64,000 nt of DNA from an uncultured bacterium (GTDB taxonomy: Bacteria; UBA8481), in contig CAZCME010000006.1 in the NCBI GenBank assembly GCA_964499705.1, forward strand, positions 1-64,000, given 5' to 3'. Position 1 is the first letter of the stretch; each line of letters opens with the position of its first letter. Positions 1 to 9,688 of this stretch are shown one piece after another. A model generated the notes under the pieces. It saw only the letters and a program-made list of their open reading frames with translations. It was not told where the DNA came from and did not search any database. A program made the position numbers and the translations under genes.

Positions 1-676
1 TGGTCTCCACGATTTCATCGCGCGATGATACCGAGCCTGTCCCCATCTCTTCGCTTACTGTTTCCATTTCGTCGATCGTCTTGACCGCGAGCCGGGTGAT
101 CTCTCCGGCGCGCATCCGCATATCCGCATCCGCCTCGAACTGCACCGCCTCGATCTCGCTCGCCAGACGCGCGCGAATCTCCTCCGTCCGCGACGGTGTC
201 AGGCACGCTCCGAGGATCAGTGCGCCCAGCGGGCTCCAAAGCCATCCTGGAGCGCCATTCTCAGCGGCGTAATGCTGAACGGCGGACCCGAGGCACGTGC
301 CGAGCGCGCCTTTCAGCAGACTCGACCACGGCACGGGATATACGGGGCCGGCCGCGACCGAGGCGAAGCCGAGAAAGACTCCGAAAAGAATCCGGCCCGC
401 GAGCGGGCTCAAAAGGTAAAACGAAACACAGACGAACCCGGCCAGGAGGCTCCACGTGAACGCATAATTCATCCGGTGCCGCGGCACCCCGCCGAGCCAG
501 GCGAGACCGAGCCCCAGAACAGTCGCGTATGCCATGCGCGCGATATACAGGGACTCGAGACTGTCAAGCATCAGGTTGCGGATCGAATTCTCGAACATCC
601 CGCCGACAAATCCGAGCCCGGGCAGAGCGAGAAACCGAAGCGCCGAATCACCAAGAAAAGCGATCAGTGTGTTCAT
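1..676 (-). CDS. Hypothetical membrane protein, truncated by the window edge
   Basis: ATG at 676 overlaps the stop of the upstream gene (ATGA). The frame stays open to the edge (MNTLIAFLGDSALRFLALPGLG...) and has several hydrophobic segments. It is absent from the ORF track because there is no stop in the window. Confidence 0.7.
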   Translation of the reverse strand, partial: MNTLIAFLGDSALRFLALPGLGFVGGMFENSIRNLMLDSLESLYIARMAYATVLGLGLAWLGGVPRHRMNYAFTWSLLAGFVCVSFYLLSPLAGRILFGVFLGFASVAAGPVYPVPWSSLLKGALGTCLGSAVQHYAAENGAPGWLWSPLGALILGACLTPSRTEEIRARLASEIEAVQFEADADMRMRAGEITRLAVKTIDEMETVSEEMGTGSVSSRDEIVET

Positions 677-1386
677 GGATTTCCTTCCGCCGCCGGAGCG
701 GCTCGATCTTGTCCGTGCGGCGGTGAGTCGTTCAGGTCGCCATTCGATTCTTCACGTGCCCGCGCGCGATTCGCCTCCTCGATAATGTTGTTGTTCCTGC
801 TCTCCCGCGCCCATTCCTCGTCGCTTGTGAGGCGCGCGCCGAGCCGGAGAGCGATCGAGTCGGCATCGCGATGGGATGCAGCGTCGGAGTTCGGCTCGCG
901 GACCATGAGAATCCGGACGATCGGCATGGATATGCTTCGCTCGACTTCCGAAACCGCGGGCTCCGCTTCGAGCTCGATATACAGAATTCCATCCTCGGCC
1001 GGCAGGAGCGACCGCGACGGAATTTCCACATGCGCGGCCGTGATCGAGTAGTCGCTCCCGATCACATTCACGAACCGCACGCCCGGTTCCAGGAAGAGGA
1101 GAATGATCGGCCTCTTCCGCGTCAGGCCGAATCTTCGGTTCCGATCGCGTTCGTCGAGCGAATCCTCGCAGGACAACCGGACAGTGAAAGGTGTGACGCC
1201 GTGCGCCAGGACGGCTCCCTGCGATAGCTCGGCCTTGGCGTGAATGAATCCATGCGCTTCACAGACGGGTCCGGCGACATCCGAATCAGGTGGCGGAGTC
1301 GATGAGCGCTGAAAGACTCGCCCCGGCAGAATCACGACGATGAGGGACAACGCCACGACCATCAGGATTCCGTTGCCGCGCCGCAT
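673..1386 (-). CDS. Hypothetical exported protein
   Basis: GGAG RBS and an N-terminal hydrophobic signal/anchor. The C-terminal 'ARLTSDEEW' weakly resembles the FGE-sulfatase RLPTEAEW motif. Confidence 0.6.
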   Translation of the reverse strand: MRRGNGILMVVALSLIVVILPGRVFQRSSTPPPDSDVAGPVCEAHGFIHAKAELSQGAVLAHGVTPFTVRLSCEDSLDERDRNRRFGLTRKRPIILLFLEPGVRFVNVIGSDYSITAAHVEIPSRSLLPAEDGILYIELEAEPAVSEVERSISMPIVRILMVREPNSDAASHRDADSIALRLGARLTSDEEWARESRNNNIIEEANRARAREESNGDLNDSPPHGQDRAAPAAEGNP

Positions 1387-1482
1387 GTCTTGCTCCTTTC
1401 CCCTCCGACATGCGACGGAGTGGGAAGGAAAAATATTCGGGGGTTTTACAAGTATTCTCCGACGAAGGCGGGAATCGTTCTG

Positions 1483-1830
1483 CTATCTGGATTTCTTCCG
1501 CCTGAGCGATTTCGCGCCCGAGGCCCCGGCAAGGCCGGCGGCGAACCACCGCTTGAGATCCTTCGCCGTGCGGAGTCCATCGCCGCTGACGTAGACAAAA
1601 CCTTTCATCGGCCGACCGGTGAAATCCATCGGCTTCACGTGCGGATCAGAAAGAGCGGCGGCATGAGCATCAGCGCCAACCCGCACCACGAGTTCGTCGC
1701 CAAGTACACCGCAGACCATCCTGCCCTGCTCCAGAAAGGCGAGGCCTCCGAACATGCGTTTTTCGGTCAATCTTCCGTGTTTCCCGGCGATCGCACGAAC
1801 CCTCGCCGCCAATGGCTCACTGTAGGCCAT
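1483..1830 (-). CDS. TfoX/Sxy N-terminal domain protein
   Basis: Motifs EKRMFGGLAFL, LVVRVG and PMDFTGRPMKGFVYV. Confidence 0.85.
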   Translation of the reverse strand: MAYSEPLAARVRAIAGKHGRLTEKRMFGGLAFLEQGRMVCGVLGDELVVRVGADAHAAALSDPHVKPMDFTGRPMKGFVYVSGDGLRTAKDLKRWFAAGLAGASGAKSLRRKKSR

Positions 1831-1845
1831 CCGATTCGCACCTCG

Positions 1846-2979
1846 TCATTTCAGTCCGTAAACTCGCAGCGCATTGTCTCGTCCGACTTTCGCGCGGACA
1901 TCTTCCGGAAGCTGGCGAATGATATTCCATGTATCGTCGAACGACGGAGGCGGCCCTCTGCGTTCGGAGGACGATCGCTGAATGCCGACGAACTCATCAG
2001 CGCCGACGACGAAGCGTTCCGGATAGTCGCTGATGAACTTCACCCACGCGGCCCGAATCCGGAGGTCTTCATCGGCGATCTTGTTATCGCTTTGAAAAGG
2101 CTCGTATTGCTTGCGGACAAACTTCAATCCGTATGTGAGGTTGGGATGATCATCGAGCAATCGCTTGAGTAGCGGGATTTCCGCATGCCCCGTGTTGTCC
2201 CAGCCGATGTGCACGAGGACAATCTTCGCGTTGAGGTTGTGCGCGAGCAACCGTTCCAGCGCGGGAATCGTCGATTTAACCGTCGGCGGGTTCGCGGAGG
2301 AGAGGCCGACCAGCGCTTCCGGGAGCGGTTGATCCTCCGGCACCGCCTCCCAGTGAATATCGATCGGCATGTCGTGTCGCGCCGCGATATCCGCGAGGAG
2401 CAGAAAGAGCGGATGATCCGCCGGTGACTGCTCGAAGTGGTGATTCTGTCCCAGGCCGAAGTGAAGAATAGTCATCTCGCCGAAGGAGCGTGCTCCGTCG
2501 CGAATCATCTCGTCGCAAAGGTTCTCGAATCGCCGCCACAGAGCCGGAGTCACGGCGGCCGAGTCGGTGCCTTGAATGAGCGGATTGAGCTCTCCGCCAC
2601 CGGCCGCGAGATAGAGTCGTCCCGGGTATTTTCGAATGGCGCCCAGTAACGCGTGATACGTGTACCCGCCAGCCTGATTCAATTCCTGGGGCGGCGGCAT
2701 CACAACAGTCCGGGCGACGCCGGCCCGATCCATCATTTCCACCAGATGATCGGCGGCCGCTTCGTAATCCATGGCGGGTGTGGGACTCCGTGGAGAAGAT
2801 CGCCGCGCGTTCTCTCGCCCGCGTTGGGGAGGGCTACCGCGACCGGATGACGCCGCGCGGCCGTTGAGATGCATGTGAACGTCGACGAATCCCTCCGAGG
2901 AGGTGTCCGGCTCGGAGGCAACTCCCGAAGTGAGGGCGACTAGAACCACCAGCGAGATGGAACAGGCACGCGAATACAT
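1846..2979 (-). CDS. Exported amidohydrolase-family metalloenzyme
   Basis: Signal peptide, DVHMH metal motif, further His residues (DIHWE, LVHIG) and a C-terminal VGAD...GRDNALRVYG. Confidence 0.8.
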   Translation of the reverse strand: MYSRACSISLVVLVALTSGVASEPDTSSEGFVDVHMHLNGRAASSGRGSPPQRGRENARRSSPRSPTPAMDYEAAADHLVEMMDRAGVARTVVMPPPQELNQAGGYTYHALLGAIRKYPGRLYLAAGGGELNPLIQGTDSAAVTPALWRRFENLCDEMIRDGARSFGEMTILHFGLGQNHHFEQSPADHPLFLLLADIAARHDMPIDIHWEAVPEDQPLPEALVGLSSANPPTVKSTIPALERLLAHNLNAKIVLVHIGWDNTGHAEIPLLKRLLDDHPNLTYGLKFVRKQYEPFQSDNKIADEDLRIRAAWVKFISDYPERFVVGADEFVGIQRSSSERRGPPPSFDDTWNIIRQLPEDVRAKVGRDNALRVYGLK

Positions 2980-3240
2980 GATCGAACTCTACAACAGGAA
3001 TCGAATGGAATCAGGAGAAAACCTCCACGTCTTCAGCGAACGCCATGGCGCCCGTTGATCAAGCGCACGAGGAGGATTCCAGGAAGTCTCCACGTCAACT
3101 GCACTCGAATCGCATCCTCATCGTCCATTCCCTTTATGACGCTGCTTTCGGGGCGTTTCCAGATTGCACAATATTGACGGACAAGCTTCCGGGGCATGTC
3201 AGGAAGCTGGCAAACGGAGTAAAAAAGCTCAGAACGCCTC

Positions 3241-3283
3241 AACTTTCTACCGATGCGATCATCTAAGAGATGATCATGTCATG
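3241..3283 (+). promoter_or_regulatory. ECF-type promoter/operator, copy 1
   Basis: AAC-N18-TCTAA spacing and the palindrome GATCATCT-AAG-AGATGATC. The block is repeated at 5141-5183. Confidence 0.5.
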
Positions 3284-5080
3284 GCTCGATTGAAAATCTG
3301 CGCCGCGCTGGCTTTGATGGCGGATCTGGCGCTCGGCGCCACAGCGGCCACCGTGGAGGTCAAGACGGGCGAGACGCTCTGGAGCATCGCGGCCCGCGAG
3401 CTTGGAAACGGTCACCGCTGGAACGAGATCGCGGACGCCAACCAGATCGCACCACCCTACTCCATCTCCCCGGGCCAGCGGCTCGAACTTCCCGAAAACG
3501 CTCTCCCTCGGGAGAATCCCGCCGAGGCTCGACCTCGTGAGAGCGGAAGAAGTGACGCAACACCGCAGAAGTCGACGCGACCATCGGAAATGACAGACGA
3601 GGCCCCCGACGCGGTGGAAGAGGAGGCTACACCCGCCGATGCGCCTGCCCTACCCCAGCTCGCTCCCTATCTCGCTCCTCTCACGGGCGAATCCACGACG
3701 TTCTCTCTCTCGCTCGACCACGCGGTCTCCGTCGCCCTCTCCCGGAACATCGGACTCCAATCCGGACGCCTGGCCCCGAGAACCGCCCACGCCGATCTCG
3801 AAGTCGCCCGGTCCGAATTCGATCCGATCCTCGCCGCATCCATCGACCAGGACTGGCGCAGGACGAGAACGAATCCCGCTTCGGCTGTCGGCACCTACTC
3901 CGACGCGCGCACAACTTCCTGGTCCGCGGGCGTGGGTCAATCATTGCCCGTCGGAACGGAATACGATGTCACCGTTTCCGGCTCGCGCGACCGCACGAGC
4001 CCCACGGGCTCGGCGTTGAATCCATCGCACGACGAGGAGCTGACGCTCAGCGTGACGCAGCCTTTGCTGGATGGTTTCGGACGCTCCTCGGCCTACGCGG
4101 GCGTCGATGCGGCGTGGGAGCGATACGAGGCCGCGCAGCAGCGATCCAGCCGGCTGACTTCCACGGTCCGGGCGGACATCGAAGCGGCCTACTGGAATCT
4201 CGCCACGGCCCAGGCCGCGGAACAGATCGCGCGCGCCTCGCTCACGCTGGCGGAGAAACTCCTCGTCCGGAATGAAAAACTTCTCGCGAACGAACTCCTC
4301 GCCGCGGTCGAAGTCCTGACCGCCCGCGCCGGAGTCGCCTCGCGCCGCGAAGCGCTCGTCGCGGCGATCACCGATCGGCGCAAGGCCTCGGAGACTCTAC
4401 TGTTCTCCGTCTACGGCGAAGAAGCTCTCAGGCAATCCCTCCGGCCCTGGGCCGTCACCGTGCCCGCGACCGCCGCGGAACCGGAAGCGGAAAACGTGCT
4501 GGAGCGACAGGCGATCGAGCGGCGCGAGGATCTCGTCGCGGCCCGAAAAGATCTCGTCGCGGCCGGCATCACCCTGGGCTCCACGCGGAATGCGCTCCTC
4601 CCGGATCTCGATCTCGTCGGCTCGGTCGGTACCGGCGGAACGGCCGGAAGCTTCAGCCGCGCCATGGATCGCGCCCTCGATAACGACGAGCCATCCTGGT
4701 CGCTCGGGCTCGCTCTCACTTTCCCGATCGGCAATCGAGGCGATGAAGCGCGATACGACGCGGCGCGCATCGAGAAAGAACGCCGGCGTCTCGCCTACGT
4801 CGATCTCGAAAACTCCATCCGCCTCGCGACCCGCAACGCGCGGCTCGATGTCGTGCTGGGCCGCGAACGACTCGCCGCAGCCGAGGAATCCCGCGAGCTG
4901 GCCGACGCTCGGCTTCGCGCGGACCGCGAGCGTCTCGAGCTCGGTCTTACGGACACCATCCGCGTTCTCGAGACGGAGGAAGACGCGACCTCCGCGTATC
5001 TGGCGGAAGCGCGCGCGCGTTACGGGCTTGCGGCGGCCGCGGCACGCCTGCGAGCCGCTCTGGGAGGCGCGGCACCATGA
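3281..5080 (+). CDS. TolC-family outer-membrane efflux protein with N-terminal LysM domain
   Basis: Signal peptide, then LysM (VKTGETLWSIAARELG...ANQIAPPYSISPGQRLELP), a Pro-rich linker and OEP repeats (LSLDHAVSVALSRN, VTQPLLDGFG, LLPDLDL). Confidence 0.85.
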   Translation: MARLKICAALALMADLALGATAATVEVKTGETLWSIAARELGNGHRWNEIADANQIAPPYSISPGQRLELPENALPRENPAEARPRESGRSDATPQKSTRPSEMTDEAPDAVEEEATPADAPALPQLAPYLAPLTGESTTFSLSLDHAVSVALSRNIGLQSGRLAPRTAHADLEVARSEFDPILAASIDQDWRRTRTNPASAVGTYSDARTTSWSAGVGQSLPVGTEYDVTVSGSRDRTSPTGSALNPSHDEELTLSVTQPLLDGFGRSSAYAGVDAAWERYEAAQQRSSRLTSTVRADIEAAYWNLATAQAAEQIARASLTLAEKLLVRNEKLLANELLAAVEVLTARAGVASRREALVAAITDRRKASETLLFSVYGEEALRQSLRPWAVTVPATAAEPEAENVLERQAIERREDLVAARKDLVAAGITLGSTRNALLPDLDLVGSVGTGGTAGSFSRAMDRALDNDEPSWSLGLALTFPIGNRGDEARYDAARIEKERRRLAYVDLENSIRLATRNARLDVVLGRERLAAAEESRELADARLRADRERLELGLTDTIRVLETEEDATSAYLAEARARYGLAAAAARLRAALGGAAP

Positions 5081-5140
5081 TATTGATGAGATTACCTGCT
5101 GGAATTCATGGGGATGAGCGCCTGACTTAAAGTCGCCCTA

Positions 5141-5183
5141 AACAATTTACGAACGCTCTTATCTAAGAGATGATCATGCCATG
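5141..5183 (+). promoter_or_regulatory. ECF-type promoter/operator, copy 2
   Basis: ATCTAAGAGATGATCATGcCATG matches copy 1 at 22 of 23 positions, with AAC at the same offset upstream. Confidence 0.5.
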
Positions 5184-5215
5184 CTCAGACTGAATTCCCG
5201 CAGGAAGTTATCCGC

Positions 5216-6763
5216 ATGACCCCACGAAAAAAGAAAGTCCTCTGGGGACTCGCCGTCGCGGTCGCGGCGGTCGCCGTCGGGTGGACCTGGTTCGGCGACG
5301 GCGAAGAAGTAGCACCCGTCGCCACGGCCAGGATCGAAAGAGGCACTCTCGAGATCAAGGCCGCCGCGTCGGGCCGCGTGGAGGCGGACATCCAGGTGGA
5401 AGTGAAGTCGCGCGCCTCCGGAGAAGTGATCGAGATCAACGTGCAGGCCGGAGACAAGGTCGAGATGGGAGATCTGCTCGTCAGGCTGGACCCCGCCGAC
5501 GAGGAACGTCGATTGCGCGAAGCGGAGATGCAGGTCGCGACCTCGAAAGCACGGCTTGCTCAGGCAAGGTCGGGGCTTGCATCCGCGCGCGCCGACATGA
5601 TCCAGGAGGAGAGCCGTTACAAGCGGCGACGCTCCGCGTACAAGAACGGCCTTGTTTCCGGCGAAGAATTGCAGGCCTCGAAAACCGCCGCGGAAGTGGC
5701 GCGCGAGGCGGTCGAGCAGCGACGCGCCGACGTCACCGCCGCGGAAGCCGATCTCTCGCGGACGGAGCTGGCGATCGAGGAAGCGCGCAAGCGGCTCTCC
5801 GAGACGATCATCAAGGCTCCGGTCAGCGGCACCGTTCTCTCGGTCGCCGCGGAGCGCGGCTCCATCGTCTCCTCGGGAATCACGAACGTCGGCGGCGGCA
5901 CGACGCTCATGACGCTCGCCGATCTCTCCAATCTCTTCGTCCTCGTCAAGCTCGACGAGGCTTCGATCGGAAGTGTCCGGGAAGCGCAGGATGTCAGCAT
6001 CCGCGTCGATGCGTTTCCGACGCGGTCATTCTCCGGGCGCGTGGAGCGCGTAACGCCTCTCGGGGTCGCCGAGGCCAACATCGTGACGTTCGACTTGAAG
6101 GTGCGGATCACGGATCGCAGCGCGAACCTGCTGCTTCCCGGGATGAGCACGGACGTGGAGATCGTAACGGGTCGATTCGAGAATGTGTTGCTCGTGCCCA
6201 ACGCCGCGATCCGCCGCGACACATCGCGCGTCGCGACCGAGCGGATGGGAGAAGGAGGCAGGGCGCAGGAGCAGACAACCGATCGATCAATGCCAGATGC
6301 CACGCCCGCTCCGGATACGGCGGCTGCCGCCGCACCTCGCGAGGACGAGACCACGGATACCGGTCGAAGGCGCCAAGGCGGCTGGAGCTCGGGCGAAGGC
6401 GGATTGGACAGATCGCGGCGTGGCCGCGGAGAGCGGGGCGGCGGATACGAACGTCGAGACAGTTTCGCCCAGGCGATGGATACGCCGGCCTGGCGGACGG
6501 AAGCGATGAAGCGCGATGCTCCGCCCGCCGATGTTCCGCCTTCAGGCCGCGCGATGCGGAGAGGCAGAGGGCTGGTGAAGATGGCGAACGGCGAGGAAAA
6601 ACCGATCGTCACCGGCGCCACCGACGGCATGAAGACGATCGTACTGGAGGGATTATCGGAGGGAGACGAAGTGATTCTCTCCTCGGGCGGACGTTCGAAC
6701 GGCGACGCCGGCGGAGCACCCCGCAATCCTTTCATGCCGCGCGGCGGCGGCGGTCGGCGATAG
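5216..6763 (+). CDS. MacA-like efflux periplasmic adaptor subunit
   Basis: N-terminal [23 protein letters not shown], coiled coil, [15 protein letters not shown]; has a low-complexity insert. Confidence 0.9.
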   Translation: MTPRKKKVLWGLAVAVAAVAVGWTWFGDGEEVAPVATARIERGTLEIKAAASGRVEADIQVEVKSRASGEVIEINVQAGDKVEMGDLLVRLDPADEERRLREAEMQVATSKARLAQARSGLASARADMIQEESRYKRRRSAYKNGLVSGEELQASKTAAEVAREAVEQRRADVTAAEADLSRTELAIEEARKRLSETIIKAPVSGTVLSVAAERGSIVSSGITNVGGGTTLMTLADLSNLFVLVKLDEASIGSVREAQDVSIRVDAFPTRSFSGRVERVTPLGVAEANIVTFDLKVRITDRSANLLLPGMSTDVEIVTGRFENVLLVPNAAIRRDTSRVATERMGEGGRAQEQTTDRSMPDATPAPDTAAAAAPREDETTDTGRRRQGGWSSGEGGLDRSRRGRGERGGGYERRDSFAQAMDTPAWRTEAMKRDAPPADVPPSGRAMRRGRGLVKMANGEEKPIVTGATDGMKTIVLEGLSEGDEVILSSGGRSNGDAGGAPRNPFMPRGGGGRR

Positions 6764-6777
6764 CCGTTCCTATCTCC

Positions 6778-7479
6778 ATGAATCAGCCCGCGCTGGAAGT
6801 CGCCGACCTCGTCAAGGTGTACAACCCGCATCGCGAGGAGCTCTCCGTTCGCGCCGTCGACGGCGTCAGCTTCACCATTCACCCGGGGGAGTCCGTCGCC
6901 ATCATGGGGCCGTCGGGATCCGGCAAGTCCACGCTCATGCATATCCTCGGATGTCTCGATCATCTCACGTCCGGAACGTACAAGCTGGCCGGCGAGGATG
7001 TCTCCCAGCTGAGCGAGGATGCACTGGCGCAGGTGCGGAACCGCCGCATCGGTTTCGTCTTCCAGGCTTTCTTTCTTCTTCCCCGCGAAACGGCCCTGGA
7101 GAATGTCGAGCTGCCTCTGCTGTATGCCGGCGACCAGGAGCATCGCCGGAAAGCGCACGAGGCATTGGCGCGCGTCGGCCTGAAGGATCGGGAAAGCCAC
7201 CTGCCGAACCAGCTCTCCGGCGGCCAGCGCCAGCGCGTTGCGATCGCGCGCGCTCTCGTGACAAAACCCGCCATGCTCCTGGCCGACGAGCCGACGGGCG
7301 CGCTGGACACGCATACCGGGCAGGAAATCCTGGAGCTTCTCGAGTCCCTCAATCACGACGGCACGACGCTCGTCGTCGTGACGCATGATCCCGGAGTCGC
7401 ACGCCGGACGCGCCGTGTGATCGCGATGCGTGACGGCCGCATCGAGGCCGACGGTCCGCCGTCGGAAGTTCTCGCGTAA
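6778..7479 (+). CDS. ABC transporter ATP-binding protein (MacB/LolD-like)
   Basis: Walker A GPSGSGKS, signature [25 protein letters not shown]. Confidence 0.95.
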   Translation: MNQPALEVADLVKVYNPHREELSVRAVDGVSFTIHPGESVAIMGPSGSGKSTLMHILGCLDHLTSGTYKLAGEDVSQLSEDALAQVRNRRIGFVFQAFFLLPRETALENVELPLLYAGDQEHRRKAHEALARVGLKDRESHLPNQLSGGQRQRVAIARALVTKPAMLLADEPTGALDTHTGQEILELLESLNHDGTTLVVVTHDPGVARRTRRVIAMRDGRIEADGPPSEVLA

Positions 7480-8684
7480 TGCTCATCTGGGATATCCTCC
7501 GATCCGCCATCCGCGCCCTCGTCGCGAACCGGCTGCGGACGTGCCTCACGATGCTCGGAGTCGTCATCGGAGTCGGCGCGGTCGTCGCGATGATCGCCCT
7601 GGGAGAAGGCGCGAGGTCGAGCGTGGAGCGATCGATCATGTCGATGGGCACGAATCTCATCTTCGTGCGGCCCGGCACCCCGGGCGGCATGGCCGTCCGT
7701 TCCGGCCAGGTTCAGACGTTGATGTTCGATGACGCGATGGCCGCGGCGGAAGTCGCGGGCGTCACCGCGGCCGCTCCGGAAGTATCGCGCTCGGCGCAGG
7801 TGAAATATTTCGAAGCCAACACGAATACGTCCGTCATGGGAAGCACGCCCGATTATTTTCCGGCGCGCGCGTTCGCGCTCGCCGAAGGCGGCCTCTTCAC
7901 GGAGGCCGATATCGCCGCTCAGCGCCGAGTGGCCGTCCTGGGCGCCGATATCGCCACGGAACTCTTCGGAGGCTCCAACCCGATCGGCGAGCGCATCCAG
8001 ATCAAGGGGCTCTCGTTTACCGTCATCGGTACGCTCGTGGCCAAGGGCGAAGCCGGTTGGTCCAATCCGGACAAGCAAATTGTCGTCCCGATCACGACGG
8101 CGCAGAAAGTTCTCTTCGGAATCGACTATCTCACCGGCCTTGCATTGCAGATCGCCGCCGGCGACGCAACCGAACCGATCCAGGAAGATCTCGAGCAACT
8201 TCTCCGCGCGAGACACCGGATCCGCGAGGGAGATGCGAGCGATTTCGAGATCCGGACACAGAAGGAGATGATGGCGCGGATGGGAGAGGTGACGGGAACT
8301 CTGACGGCACTCCTCGGAGGCGTCGCCGCGGTGTCGCTCCTTGTGGGAGGCATCGGCATCATGAATATCATGCTCGTCTCGGTCCGCGAAAGAACGCGCG
8401 AGATCGGAATCCGGAAAGCCGTCGGAGCACGGAAACGCGATATCCTCCTGCAGTTTCTCATCGAGGCGACGCTGGTTTCATCCGCGGGAGGAGTCCTCGG
8501 CATCGGCGCGGGCTACGGGATTGCCGCGCTCGTTTCGCACTTCGGAGGCTGGGAGACCATCGTCCCGATTTACGCCGTCGTCCTCGCGGTCGTGACGTCG
8601 CTAATCATCGGCATCGTCTTCGGCGTCTGGCCCGCCCGCGAGGCCGCAAGGCTCGATCCCGTCGAAGCGCTCAGATATGAATAG
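7479..8684 (+). CDS. MacB/FtsX-family ABC permease
   Basis: LTMLGVVIGVGAVVAM, LLVGGIGIMNIMLVSVRERTREIGIRKAVGA, C-terminal LDPVEALRYE. Confidence 0.95.
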   Translation: MLIWDILRSAIRALVANRLRTCLTMLGVVIGVGAVVAMIALGEGARSSVERSIMSMGTNLIFVRPGTPGGMAVRSGQVQTLMFDDAMAAAEVAGVTAAAPEVSRSAQVKYFEANTNTSVMGSTPDYFPARAFALAEGGLFTEADIAAQRRVAVLGADIATELFGGSNPIGERIQIKGLSFTVIGTLVAKGEAGWSNPDKQIVVPITTAQKVLFGIDYLTGLALQIAAGDATEPIQEDLEQLLRARHRIREGDASDFEIRTQKEMMARMGEVTGTLTALLGGVAAVSLLVGGIGIMNIMLVSVRERTREIGIRKAVGARKRDILLQFLIEATLVSSAGGVLGIGAGYGIAALVSHFGGWETIVPIYAVVLAVVTSLIIGIVFGVWPAREAARLDPVEALRYE

Positions 8685-8785
8685 GGGACATTCTCCAACA
8701 TTCCAACATTGTTAATAATAGAGTTATCACTGACCACTTCGTAACTACCAGAGTTCTCAATGTTGGAATGTTGGAGAATGTCCCC
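8684..8785. repeat. Palindromic REP/MITE-like element, family A copy 1
   Basis: Perfect 28-bp arms GGGGACATTCTCCAACATTCCAACATTG (8684-8711 and 8758-8785) around a 46-bp spacer. Confidence 0.9.
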
Positions 8786-9171
8786 TATTCCTTATCGATG
8801 CTCCACTTGCCGCCGCCGCGGCAGGCGATGTACAGGAAGACGAAGGAGTAAAGCGCCGCGAGCTCGCCCTTATTGACGACGGGGAAGAAGGCCTGATCGA
8901 AGGCGAACTTCCAGTGAAACTGGAAATAGGCGACCGCCATCGTTCCGCTGCAGAGGAATGCGGCCCAGCGTGTCTGCCAGCCGATCATGATCAGGATGCC
9001 GCCAATGAGTTCGATCAAGCCGCCCAGCCAGATCTGCGTGCCCGGCTCGGCGGTGGGTTTATCCGAGAGAATTCCCAGGATCTTCTGCATGCCGTGAAAC
9101 GAGAACAGGAAACCGGCCACCATCCTCATGATCGCGTAGACATGATCGCTGTATGTCGAAAGCCTCTTCAT
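8785..9171 (-). CDS. DoxX-family membrane protein
   Basis: GGAGG RBS; RMVAGFLFSFHGMQKILG, ELIGGILI.IG..TR.AAF, NKGELAALY, GGGKWSID. Confidence 0.9.
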   Translation of the reverse strand: MKRLSTYSDHVYAIMRMVAGFLFSFHGMQKILGILSDKPTAEPGTQIWLGGLIELIGGILIMIGWQTRWAAFLCSGTMAVAYFQFHWKFAFDQAFFPVVNKGELAALYSFVFLYIACRGGGKWSIDKE

Positions 9172-9250
9172 CTGATTCCTCCTCTTGCCCATGAATGATT
9201 CCTCACCACAATACTATCCATTTTCGAGCCGTTCTTCATGACTTTCGATT

Positions 9251-9625
9251 TCACGTCGCGGGCGGAACCTTTTCTTCCTCTTCCCATGTCCGCTTCAATT
9301 CCTGCTGGAGCGATTCCATGGACAGGGCGGCGTGGGAGAGAGAGACATGGAGGCCCTCGAACGCCTCATCCCGGCTGGCGCGAGCGACACGCAGGAATCG
9401 CGAAAGCGTGGCCAGGCAGACCGTCGAGACGAGAAGACACCACCAGGACCCCGTGGAAAACACGATGAAGATACCCATGAAGACGAAGAAAGCCACGACG
9501 AGAAAGGAGGAGAGGAGAAAGTAATAGCGGCGCTCCGCCGCCCTGAACGTCTCCGCGGAACGCGCCATCTCTCCTGACGCTTGGCGCCCCTCCTGGATGC
9601 CGATCTCCCATTCTTCCCGAGACAT
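9251..9625 (-). CDS. Small hypothetical membrane protein
   Basis: GGAG RBS before ATG 9625; two hydrophobic segments flanked by charged regions. Confidence 0.5.
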   Translation of the reverse strand: MSREEWEIGIQEGRQASGEMARSAETFRAAERRYYFLLSSFLVVAFFVFMGIFIVFSTGSWWCLLVSTVCLATLSRFLRVARASRDEAFEGLHVSLSHAALSMESLQQELKRTWEEEEKVPPAT

Positions 9626-9688
9626 GTTCTCCACAGTCTACCGAAAAACATTCCCTGAGCCAGCGCCATCGCGCTCTATAATGCCCCG

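Noticed and set aside
790-900. Formylglycine-generating enzyme call for 673-1386
   Set aside because: Only a short RLxxxxEW-like fragment is present; the rest of the domain is missing.
5281-6777. Long alternative-frame and antisense ORFs, e.g. the N-terminal extension of 5281-7479, 5617-7386, 42580-44436 and 44094-45749
   Set aside because: They are Arg/Pro/Gly-rich shadow frames of high-GC genes and overlap well-supported CDSs.
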